Shown in pieces: positions 37,311 to 45,463 of a stretch of 64,000 nucleotides of DNA. A program made the translations under genes and the position numbers. Position 1 is the first letter of the stretch, and every line of letters starts with the position of its first letter. Origin of the DNA: an uncultured Candidatus Saccharibacteria bacterium (GTDB lineage: Bacteria; Patescibacteriota; Minisyncoccia; Phycocordibacterales; UBA9973); the NCBI GenBank assembly GCA_964645245.1, contig CAZYBS010000002.1, positions 18,161 to 82,160 of the forward strand, given 5' to 3'. The notes beneath the pieces were generated by a model that saw only the letters and a list, made by a program, of their open reading frames with translations, did no database searches and was not told the DNA's origin.

Positions 37311-37493
37311 TTATCTATAGCCCATTAATAAAAGTATAATTAATACACAAACTAATATTATTAATAAGGTCCACAAAAAAGCATTCCAAGGGTCTTCTTC
37401 ATTTAAATATTTTGACCATTTCTTACTTCCATCGATTAATATCAGTATTGGTAGCTGAATACATAAAAAGAAAATTGGTTCAAAAACTCCCAT
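37311..37493 (-). CDS. Small 2-TM membrane protein, cassette copy 2
   Basis: Paralog of 29614..29799 (LPILILIDGSKKWSKYLNEEDP...). Confidence 0.55.
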   Translation of the reverse strand: MGVFEPIFFLCIQLPILILIDGSKKWSKYLNEEDPWNAFLWTLLIILVCVLIILLLMGYR

Positions 37494-37494
37494 G

Positions 37495-37686
37495 TTAGTT
37501 GCACCTTACTGGTGATCTTAGCTTTTCTTTGGCGACCCAAAATTTTTCAATATAAAAACAGTTCACGCATCTTGTTCTTTGCGCTTCGACTTTGCCATAG
37601 ACTCCGTTTACCATCTTGGTTTGGTATTTTTTCATTTTGTGGCTGGTCAATAGGCAGCATTTAATTCTTAAAATTATTTTATTCAT
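37495..37686 (-). CDS. Small 4-Cys protein, cassette copy 2
   Basis: Paralog of 29418..29612 (KMVNGVYGKVEAQRTRCVNC...VRCN). Confidence 0.55.
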   Translation of the reverse strand: MNKIILRIKCCLLTSHKMKKYQTKMVNGVYGKVEAQRTRCVNCFYIEKFWVAKEKLRSPVRCN

Positions 37687-37761
37687 GGCTTTGTAAGTAA
37701 TAAAAATTTTTGGAGGAAGGGAAGGGTGATGTGCCCAACCCTTCCGCCAATGTATCTATCT

Positions 37762-38817
37762 CTATCTACTGGCTGTGATTACCGTCAGGATGCTTTCGCG
37801 CTTACCGCACCGCTGGAGGTTCCTTGCCAGTTCTGTTGCAGCTAGAAAGTTGGCACCCGCAGAGCTTGCTCCGTCGATACCAAAGGTCTTCAGTAGCCGA
37901 ACACCTTCTCTCGCTTCTTTGTCCGTAACGATACGAACTTGTTCTACGCTTGGCAGATGGTCAAGAACAAGCCTCGTCGGATCCCCGACGCCCAAACCTT
38001 CAATACCGATAACCTTTGATACTACTCGCGGGAAGTCGATATTGATGTCGAACCAGTTCTCCGGACTTCTTTGTGGATGGCAGCTGAGCGAAACTATCAT
38101 CCCCGCAGTTTCGTATGCCCGGAGGGCTTTTTCGACAGCTCTCTTTTTGACCTCGTACTTGTCTCTGGCACGCAAGTAGGCATGCCAGAGAGTTAAGGTT
38201 GAACCCACCCCTTCAACGGCTATGATTCGGGTATGAGGATTCACTTCGCGCAACGCCAATCCAATTCCGAAGAGGGTACCACCCGTGCCGACCCCAGCCA
38301 CGAGGTGGCTAGGTGCCCCGAGTCGTTCCACGATAGCCCTCCCGAATGTTCGTTTCTGGATATCGAGGATGACCGGCTGCTCGTGCTGTTCGAGCAACAT
38401 GTATCCTCTCTTCCGGCAGAGCTTTTTTGCCGTGGTGAGGCGACCGGTTCGGCCTTCGCGACGCGGGGTTTCCATAACCACTTCAATACCCATCGTCTTG
38501 AGTTTCTCGACGACGGGCCGACTGGTTTCGACGTATACAACCGCGGTGACCCCGACTCTGACCCCGAGTTCGTCTACGGCAAGTTTTACACCTTGTACGG
38601 TGTTTCCTCCGCCGACAACGACTACGGATCGAGTTGTATCCTTGATCTTCCCGGTGTCAAGGTAGTGCGCTAGCAGGCACTTGCCGATGGAGGTTTTGAC
38701 TCCAGCCGGCAATGTGTCGGCCCGAAAGAGAACAATTTTTTGTCCATGCCTTTTGGTGGTGCACAAAGGGACAGACAAAGCCCTTTCGTACTCTCTCTGT
38801 ACTGTCTCTTTGTACAC
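37762..38817 (-). CDS. PLP-dependent cysteine synthase / CBS-like (fold type II) enzyme, GC-rich; GTG start
   Basis: GVGTGGTLFGIG glycine loop and VVVGGGNTVQG. The start codon is GTG, 5 nt after AAAGGAGG. Confidence 0.6.
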   Translation of the reverse strand: MYKETVQREYERALSVPLCTTKRHGQKIVLFRADTLPAGVKTSIGKCLLAHYLDTGKIKDTTRSVVVVGGGNTVQGVKLAVDELGVRVGVTAVVYVETSRPVVEKLKTMGIEVVMETPRREGRTGRLTTAKKLCRKRGYMLLEQHEQPVILDIQKRTFGRAIVERLGAPSHLVAGVGTGGTLFGIGLALREVNPHTRIIAVEGVGSTLTLWHAYLRARDKYEVKKRAVEKALRAYETAGMIVSLSCHPQRSPENWFDINIDFPRVVSKVIGIEGLGVGDPTRLVLDHLPSVEQVRIVTDKEAREGVRLLKTFGIDGASSAGANFLAATELARNLQRCGKRESILTVITASR

Positions 38818-39047
38818 CTTTGCCTCCTTTCAAAAGATGCTCCGTGGCGGCAATTTTACCCGCCACGGAGCAAGCCGACTCGACGAGACTACCGGACGTG
38901 CATGTGCACGTGCCGGCGCGCCTTGCGGCTTACACGGATGCGCATAAAGAACAATCCTTTCTGAGCTCCTAATAGACAAGAGGTTTCTCGTCCTAGGGCT
39001 CTTGAAATTTTCTTTTGCTTTAAAGAAAACTCGGAAGAGCCCAGCGA
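38818..39047 (-). promoter_or_regulatory. Structured GC-rich leader of the CysK-like gene
   Basis: 11-bp perfect hairpin (38840-38850/38860-38870) plus UCUUUU immediately before the RBS, and a second GC hairpin at 38896-38920. Confidence 0.35.
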
Positions 39048-40208
39048 CTACACATATCTACGATCTACTTTTTCCGGGATACGACTCAAAAACTCATAAT
39101 TATTCTGTTTTATGCTCCTGCAGATTTCTTCCAGTTTTATTTCTTTTCCTTTTTGTTTTCCTAAAATAACAACCTCGTCGCCGGCCTTGATGGTTTTTTT
39201 GCTACCGATGTTCACAAAACAATTTGTCATGTTAATTCCGCCGACCAACGGATATTTAACTCCGCCAATTATTACTTTCCCTCCATTTACAAGCCGAGAG
39301 TCAAGGCCATAGGAGTAACCAGGAAGAAGAATAGCAATTCGAGTTTTCCGTTTGGCAATAAACTTTCTTCGATAAAATATGCCCTCACCCTTTTCAAGCT
39401 CTTTAATGCAGGCAATTATGGTTTTGAAAGAAACTACAGGAAACAGGTCTATTGTGCTTTTTCGTCTAGCTTCTAGTGAGGGATAAAAGCCAAAAAGTGA
39501 AATGCCAAGACGCACCATATCGAGAAGGGATTCCGAGAAAAGAAAAGCAGCTTCACTTGAAGCGATGCTCCATAAAGGAATTTTGATTTTCTCTTTTTGA
39601 CAACTTTCTTTAATCGCTATGAAGCGTTTAAATTGGATCTTGTCGAACTTTTTTTCTTCTGTAAAACTACTCAAGACACCTTCGATTTTTATGTTTTTCG
39701 ACTGCGAAACAGCACGTATAAATTTCAAAGCATCTTGATATGGCACACCAAGACGTCCTAAGCCAGTATCAATTTTTATCCACACTCCGCTTCTCATCTT
39801 GAGTTTTCTAGATACACTCTCAAAATTTCTAAGCATGGTATAGGTAAAAATAGTAGGATTAATTTGATTTTTTACGAGCTTTTCCCCATCTTCAAAACTA
39901 TATATTCCGAGGTTCACGATTGGCTTTGTAATTCCACCTTTTCTTAAAGTTATTGCTTCCTTTATTCCCACAACACCAAATACATCTATATATTTTTGAA
40001 GGGTATTGGACACACCCAAAACCCCCAAGCCATATGCATTTGCTTTCAACACCGCCATTATTTTACTTGGTTTGGTTATTCGTTTCATTTGGGCAATGTT
40101 TTTCAACAGATTTGCCTTATTAATTTCTATCCAAACTAATGGTTTTTTAATTTTTCTTTCACTATTTACAATTCTCATTTTTTTATTTTTTAAATTTCTA
40201 ATAAACAA
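39048..40208 (-). CDS. alr: Alanine racemase
   Basis: AVLKANAYGLGV PLP-Lys motif; 386 aa. Confidence 0.85.
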   Translation of the reverse strand: MFIRNLKNKKMRIVNSERKIKKPLVWIEINKANLLKNIAQMKRITKPSKIMAVLKANAYGLGVLGVSNTLQKYIDVFGVVGIKEAITLRKGGITKPIVNLGIYSFEDGEKLVKNQINPTIFTYTMLRNFESVSRKLKMRSGVWIKIDTGLGRLGVPYQDALKFIRAVSQSKNIKIEGVLSSFTEEKKFDKIQFKRFIAIKESCQKEKIKIPLWSIASSEAAFLFSESLLDMVRLGISLFGFYPSLEARRKSTIDLFPVVSFKTIIACIKELEKGEGIFYRRKFIAKRKTRIAILLPGYSYGLDSRLVNGGKVIIGGVKYPLVGGINMTNCFVNIGSKKTIKAGDEVVILGKQKGKEIKLEEICRSIKQNNYEFLSRIPEKVDRRYV

Positions 40209-40254
40209 AAACCCCTGCCTAAACTTAGGCAGGGGTTAGCTTCAAAAAATAAAT

Positions 40255-40662
40255 TTACGAGCTTAAAGATAACCCACGCCTAAGTTTAGGTGAGTTGTGG
40301 TGATGTGAAGAGACATTAGAAAGGCGAGCGAGGATTAACCTGTACCCGCCGAGCGAGCCGTAGAGCCACTTTGCGATGCGGGCAATGGTGGCGGAAGAGA
40401 GACCGGTAGATTCACTGATTGCATTATATTGCACGTCATTGGCAAGGAGCCGGGCGGCTTCAAATCTGTTTGTGAATTCTTTGATTTCCGCCGGTGTCAT
40501 CAAATCGCGAAGAAAACGCTTGGTCTCATCGGCATTTTTGAGCTCCAAAATTCCAGCAATTAATTGCCTGTTTTCCTTAGTATTCCAGTCCATATCCGGG
40601 CCAATTTCTTGTATTAGCCGTACGGTTCTTATGGATGTATTTTTATTCATTCCTTTACTCAT
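40255..40662 (-). CDS. TrpR-like (YerC/YecD family) DNA-binding protein, paralog 2
   Basis: MTPAEIKEFTNRFEAARLL...AISESTGLSSATIARIAKWL. Confidence 0.6.
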   Translation of the reverse strand: MSKGMNKNTSIRTVRLIQEIGPDMDWNTKENRQLIAGILELKNADETKRFLRDLMTPAEIKEFTNRFEAARLLANDVQYNAISESTGLSSATIARIAKWLYGSLGGYRLILARLSNVSSHHHNSPKLRRGLSLSS

Positions 40663-40666
40663 ACAG

Positions 40667-40706
40667 CTACTTTAGCAGACTAAAGTACTTTAGTCAAGTA
40701 AAGTAG
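40667..40706. promoter_or_regulatory. Nested palindrome CTACTTTAGCAGACTAAAGTACTTTAGTCAAGTAAAGTAG (includes the 14-bp perfect palindrome CTAAAGTACTTTAG) 5 nt upstream of the TrpR-like start
   Basis: Read directly; it is made of TAAAGTA half-sites. Confidence 0.5.
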
Positions 40707-40733
40707 CTAGGGGAGGTGTGGATAACTTATTAT

Positions 40734-40766
40734 ATCCCTAATTCGCGCGAATGAGCCTATACTTAT
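40734..40766. repeat. Intergenic repeat R1 copy 2 (ATCCCTAATTCGCGCGAATGAGCCTATACTTAT)
   Basis: Shares ATC(T/C)CTAATTCGCGCGAAT with 36038..36070. Confidence 0.55.
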
Positions 40767-40781
40767 TGCAAGTAATTGATA

Positions 40782-41363
40782 TTAGGCAGGGAATTTGCCT
40801 TCAAAGATTATTTCTTCCAGGGGCTTTCGGTTGCTTGGGGTCTCGCGGGCGCGGAGGTCTTCTGGCAGGTCTTCAATTTTTCCAGGTTTGCCGACAGCAA
40901 TCATCATTTCTACATTGTAATCGTCGGGGACGCCTAGCTTTTCCTTCGCCATTTTATAATCAAATCCTTCCATACCGTGAGCAACGAGTCCCATAGTTTG
41001 CGCCTGGAGAGCCAAATTTTCCCAAGCAGATCCAGAGTCAAAGGAGTGAGTGATGGAGAATTTTCCACTAGTGCTTGTTTTTTTGGAAATCGTTACGATC
41101 AACGCTCCAGCATTTTTGCACCAATCTTTATTAAATTGCACAAGAAAGGAAAATAAATTCTCAAATTCCGGCGTATCCCGCATAGCATATATAAATCTCC
41201 ACGGCTGGGCATTGTAAGAAGACGGCGCCCAGCGGGCGGCCTCAAAAAGAGTTATCAGTTCTTCTTTGGAAATTTTTTCTCCCGACATCGCCCTCGGCGA
41301 ATGCCTTTTAAGAAACATGTCGTCAATGGGGTATTCTGTTGTCCTTCCGTTTACTGTTTTCAT
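40782..41363 (-). CDS. Nitroreductase family protein (moderately GC-rich)
   Basis: RHSPRAM and APSSYNAQPWRF. Confidence 0.8.
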   Translation of the reverse strand: MKTVNGRTTEYPIDDMFLKRHSPRAMSGEKISKEELITLFEAARWAPSSYNAQPWRFIYAMRDTPEFENLFSFLVQFNKDWCKNAGALIVTISKKTSTSGKFSITHSFDSGSAWENLALQAQTMGLVAHGMEGFDYKMAKEKLGVPDDYNVEMMIAVGKPGKIEDLPEDLRARETPSNRKPLEEIIFEGKFPA

Positions 41364-41377
41364 CTATCCAGTATACA

Positions 41378-44098
41378 CTACCTGTCAAGTAGAAATTTCT
41401 CTATTATCTTCCCATCTCTTTTGAGCCAGGCGATGTTGCCTTCTAGGCGTTCTAGGACCTGGTCTATTGCGCGCTTGGCGCCGGGGGCTTCGTGGGTGGC
41501 GAAAAATTTTTTGAAAGATTTTAGGTGTTTTTCTTCGGCGCTGCCACCGATGGTTTTGATTAAACGTGCCAAGTGATGTCCGCCTTCACCATAGCGGGAG
41601 ACGAGAGTTTTCCAATTTTTACTTATGGAAGACCACCAGATATCGCGCCCGGGGGGGTTTGAGGCTACGGAAGAGAGGATGCCGACTGTATCTTGTATGC
41701 GCACATCTTTTGAGAAGGCAAAATGGGTTACTTCGCACAACACTTTATCTTGCGTGAAGTCCCCCAATGCATTTCCGATTCGGTTTTTTTCTTCGTGGAG
41801 AGTTTCTTTTTTATACCTCGCCACAAGGGCTCGGTATTCCTTCATTCCGCCGTGTGTGGCGATGATAGAATACACGGCTCCGCGGATGTCTGGGTGAATA
41901 TGGCCTGTCCTGAATTTATTTTTTGCTTCTTTAATTATTTTTTTATCACCGGCTCTGCCGGCGCGAGAGATGGCAAGGGAACGCAAAAGGGCATCTGTAT
42001 GAGTTTCTTTTGGTTTTTTGTTCCAGCCCAATTTATGCGCAAGAGGGGAAAATAATTCAAGAATAAGCTTTTCCAGTTGTTTTCCCGCTTTCTGCGGGAC
42101 CCCGCCAACGGCGGTGGTTGCCATTATTTGTTCCAAGCGGGCAAGCCCGCTTGCGAGTTCCACCCACACGGTGTAATTGTCTTCTTTTTTATAAGCATCT
42201 AAAAATTCCAAGGCATCGGTGGTGGGAATTGTACCTGCTTCGGCCAGGGCAAAAAGGTCACGAATGATGCCGAGCCTGTCGCGAGGAGATAATATTTTCT
42301 TTTCTACTGGCATTTTTAATTTTTCTAAAAGTTTTCCGGAATAAGCCGTCCGATAAAATCCAGCTTCGCCAAAATTTATTTTTAACCAGTTTGTGCCCCT
42401 CGTTGCAGGCACACTTTTTAGAAAGCCTTGCGCAGGCGGGTAGCCGAGCAGTTCGCTCCCAAAGCTTTGGGAGATAGATTGCTTTATAAAAAGTTGTGCC
42501 AAGAAAGAGGGGCGAAATTGCGACGAGTTTTGGCTTTTTATAGATATCGGTATTTGCCAGGTAGTTTTATCCCCTCCACGGCGGGCAAGTTTGGATTTCT
42601 TCTTTGATATCGGACTGGCGAAGAATCTTTCTTGAGACAAAAGAATTTTATTATTTTTTATTTTAGCTTTTATGACCGGGTAGCCACCTTTGCTCGTCCA
42701 ATTGTGCATTATCTTGGCCACGGGTTTCTTGGAAACTTTCTCAAAAGCCTGCCAGAGATGCACCGTTTCGGTATTTCTATAACTATGCTTTTTTAAATAA
42801 TAGCGTAGTCCATCACGAAAATCTTTTTCACCCAAATAGTCGGCCAGCATACGAATAATACATGCTCCTTTGGAATATGATACTTCATCAAAAATCTCGC
42901 CAATTTCATCCGGATGATGCACAGGTATTTCTATCGGATGCGTATGGAGAAGTCCGTCTAACTGTAATGCTCTGCCAAGTTCGTTGGTAGAGAACTGCGT
43001 CCAAATATCCCACTTTGGAAAAAGTTTATCAACCGCCAAGTATTCTATGTATGAAGCAAAACCCTCATTAAGCCATAAATGCGTCCACCACTCCATCGTT
43101 ACCAAATTGCCGAACCATTGATGAGCCATCTCATGGGTGATAACTAATGCCACCCATTGTTTGTTTGAGGCGGAAGAATGCTCTTCATCCACAAGAAGCG
43201 TGCTCTCGCGGTAAGTAATTGCGCCCCAATTCTCCATCGCCCCGGAAGCAAGGTCCGGAATAGCTATCATGTCCAGAGTATTGAGTGGATAGGCAATATC
43301 AAAATATCTTTCATAAAAGTCTAGAGTCTTGACCGCGCACTCCAAGGCAAATCTTGCCTGATGTTTTTTGCCCGGGGTGGTGTAAACCCGCACCCTGACC
43401 CCCTCGCCCTTGGCACTCCCCCTTCGCAGGGGGAGAGGGAACCCTCCCCTCCTTTTTGAGGAGGGGTTTGGGGTGGTTGCTTCTATATATTCAAAGTCTC
43501 CCGCAATGAAAGCAAGAAGGTAAGTGGACATTTTTGGCGTGGGAAGGAATTTTACAATTTCAAATCCGGCTTCGTGTTCTTGCACGGATGCGGGCAAAGT
43601 ATTAGAAATAACCGTTTTGCCCTTCGGAATAACCATTGATATATGAAATATCGCTTTTTGGGCGGGCTCATCAAAGCAGGGGAAAGCCCGGCGCGCGTCG
43701 GTCGCTTCAAATTGGGTGGTTGCCATATATTGCTCTTTCCCATTAAGAAAATATTTACTCTTATAAAATCCGCGCATTTTATCATTGAGTATTCCCTTAA
43801 AGACAAGAGTTAATTTAACTTTGCTAGTTGGAATAATTTTAGGAAAAAGAAAAGTTACTGTTTCGTTTTTTTCATTATAAGAAATTTTTGCATATACTTT
43901 ATTTCTTCCAGCCATTATCTCAGCAGTTTCTATCTCAAGTTCTTTAGAGTGCAGAATCAGTATTTTCGTCTTTTTTAAGATATTTAGGGTTATTATTTCG
44001 CTACCCTCAAAAGTGAAGTTTTTTAAATCCGGGCGTAATTGGATATCGTACTTAATTGGAACAACATTTTTTGAAAGGCGGACATTTCTATTTTTCAT
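41378..44098 (-). CDS. pepN: Aminopeptidase N (M1 family)
   Basis: HEMAHQWFGNLVTMEWWTHLWLNEGFA (HExxH...E); 906 aa. Confidence 0.9.
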   Translation of the reverse strand: MKNRNVRLSKNVVPIKYDIQLRPDLKNFTFEGSEIITLNILKKTKILILHSKELEIETAEIMAGRNKVYAKISYNEKNETVTFLFPKIIPTSKVKLTLVFKGILNDKMRGFYKSKYFLNGKEQYMATTQFEATDARRAFPCFDEPAQKAIFHISMVIPKGKTVISNTLPASVQEHEAGFEIVKFLPTPKMSTYLLAFIAGDFEYIEATTPNPSSKRRGGFPLPLRRGSAKGEGVRVRVYTTPGKKHQARFALECAVKTLDFYERYFDIAYPLNTLDMIAIPDLASGAMENWGAITYRESTLLVDEEHSSASNKQWVALVITHEMAHQWFGNLVTMEWWTHLWLNEGFASYIEYLAVDKLFPKWDIWTQFSTNELGRALQLDGLLHTHPIEIPVHHPDEIGEIFDEVSYSKGACIIRMLADYLGEKDFRDGLRYYLKKHSYRNTETVHLWQAFEKVSKKPVAKIMHNWTSKGGYPVIKAKIKNNKILLSQERFFASPISKKKSKLARRGGDKTTWQIPISIKSQNSSQFRPSFLAQLFIKQSISQSFGSELLGYPPAQGFLKSVPATRGTNWLKINFGEAGFYRTAYSGKLLEKLKMPVEKKILSPRDRLGIIRDLFALAEAGTIPTTDALEFLDAYKKEDNYTVWVELASGLARLEQIMATTAVGGVPQKAGKQLEKLILELFSPLAHKLGWNKKPKETHTDALLRSLAISRAGRAGDKKIIKEAKNKFRTGHIHPDIRGAVYSIIATHGGMKEYRALVARYKKETLHEEKNRIGNALGDFTQDKVLCEVTHFAFSKDVRIQDTVGILSSVASNPPGRDIWWSSISKNWKTLVSRYGEGGHHLARLIKTIGGSAEEKHLKSFKKFFATHEAPGAKRAIDQVLERLEGNIAWLKRDGKIIEKFLLDR

Positions 44099-44120
44099 AA
44101 AGAAATGTTAGCATATAAGC

Positions 44121-44870
44121 ATGGAAACGGAAAGTTATAAAATCAAGACCAGTCTTTTTGAGGGGCCATTTGGGCTACTTTTAAATTTGGTGGAAAAAAG
44201 AAAACTCTTTATAAATGATCTTTCTCTGGCGGAGGTCACAGAAGATTACTTGAAATATATAAATAGCCTGGGAAAACTGCCTCCCGAGGAAGCGTCCAGT
44301 TTTTTGGTTGTGGCTTCCACGCTTCTTTTAATTAAATCAAAGTCGCTTTTGCCGAATCTGGACTTAACTGACGAAGAAAAAGGCGATATTCAAAATTTAG
44401 AAGAGAGATTACGTTTATATGAACTTTTTACAAAATTGGGAGGTAATATAAAAAATAGTTTTGGCAAGAAAATAATTTTTGCTCCGCTGGAGCGGAAAAA
44501 CGATGTCTTGATATTTTTGCCAGATGAACAGATTACACAAAAATCCATGATGACTTTCGCCCGGAGCGCGCTGGGAGCAATGCCGAAAAAAGTAATGCTC
44601 CCGAAAGTGGAGGTGAAAAAAGTAATCAGCATAGAAGAGATGCTGGATAGACTAGTGAGCAGAATAAAAGACACTCTCAAGATGAGCTTTAGGGAATTCG
44701 CGGGCCATGGCAGAGGCGGCAAAGAAGAGAAAGTGGTTATGATTGTCGGCTTTCTGGCAATGCTGGAGCTTGTCCGGCAGGGAATAATTCACGCTATGCA
44801 AGAGAGTGATTCCGGAGACATTTTTCTTGAAAAAGTGGAAGAGAATTACGAATTAAAAATTACGAATTAG
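44121..44870 (+). CDS. scpA: Segregation and condensation protein A
   Basis: LFEGPFGLLLNLVEKRKL. Confidence 0.8.
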   Translation: METESYKIKTSLFEGPFGLLLNLVEKRKLFINDLSLAEVTEDYLKYINSLGKLPPEEASSFLVVASTLLLIKSKSLLPNLDLTDEEKGDIQNLEERLRLYELFTKLGGNIKNSFGKKIIFAPLERKNDVLIFLPDEQITQKSMMTFARSALGAMPKKVMLPKVEVKKVISIEEMLDRLVSRIKDTLKMSFREFAGHGRGGKEEKVVMIVGFLAMLELVRQGIIHAMQESDSGDIFLEKVEENYELKITN

Positions 44871-44872
44871 AA

Positions 44873-45424
44873 ATGGAAATAGAAAAGCAGATAGAAGCAA
44901 TATTATTTTGGAAAGGAGAGCCGATTTCACGAAAAAAACTCGGAGAAATTTTAAAAGTGGGCCAGACCGAAATAAATGATGGTATTGAAAAGCTTAAGGA
45001 AAATTTGAAAGAGAGAGGAATAGTGCTGATAGAAAAAGAAAACGAGATTGCGCTCGGTACCGCTCCGGAGCATTCTCGTCTGATAGAGCATTTACAAAAA
45101 GAAGAATTAAATAAAGAGCTTTCAAAGGCCAGCTTGGAAACATTATCTATTGTTCTTTACAAAAACGGGGCGAACAGAGCAGAAATTGATTACATTAGGG
45201 GAGTAAACTCTAGTTTCACTTTGCGTGCGTTATCTGTGCGTGGACTGATAGAAAAAATTCTGGACCCGAAAGACGCGAGACGCTATATCTATAAACCAAG
45301 TTTTGAGCTTTTGTCTTATATGGGCATAAAATCCATAGAGGAGTTGCCGGATTACGGCGAGGTTAGTGACTCTATTGATATTGCGGCACAAAATTTAGAG
45401 GAAGAAAATAAAAGAGAAAATTAA
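44873..45424 (+). CDS. scpB: Segregation and condensation protein B
   Basis: IEAILFWKGEPISRKKLGEIL and tandem winged-helix domains. Confidence 0.8.
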   Translation: MEIEKQIEAILFWKGEPISRKKLGEILKVGQTEINDGIEKLKENLKERGIVLIEKENEIALGTAPEHSRLIEHLQKEELNKELSKASLETLSIVLYKNGANRAEIDYIRGVNSSFTLRALSVRGLIEKILDPKDARRYIYKPSFELLSYMGIKSIEELPDYGEVSDSIDIAAQNLEEENKREN

Positions 45425-45463
45425 TTAATGTTCCAAAGTTCGTTAGAACATTAGAATAAAGAT

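Noticed and set aside
38233-38972. Cluster of overlapping plus-strand ORFs (146, 126, 88, 86 and 74 aa) and 38241..38540(-)
   Set aside because: All lie antisense to or out of frame within the GC-rich CysK-like gene and its leader. They are Arg/Pro/Ser-rich translations typical of GC-rich non-coding frames.
38818-39047. SAM (S-box) riboswitch or T-box in the CysK-like leader
   Set aside because: Neither the S-box conserved GGAGGGA/GCCC elements nor the T-box AGGGTGGNACCGCG sequence is present. The region is kept only as a generic structured leader.
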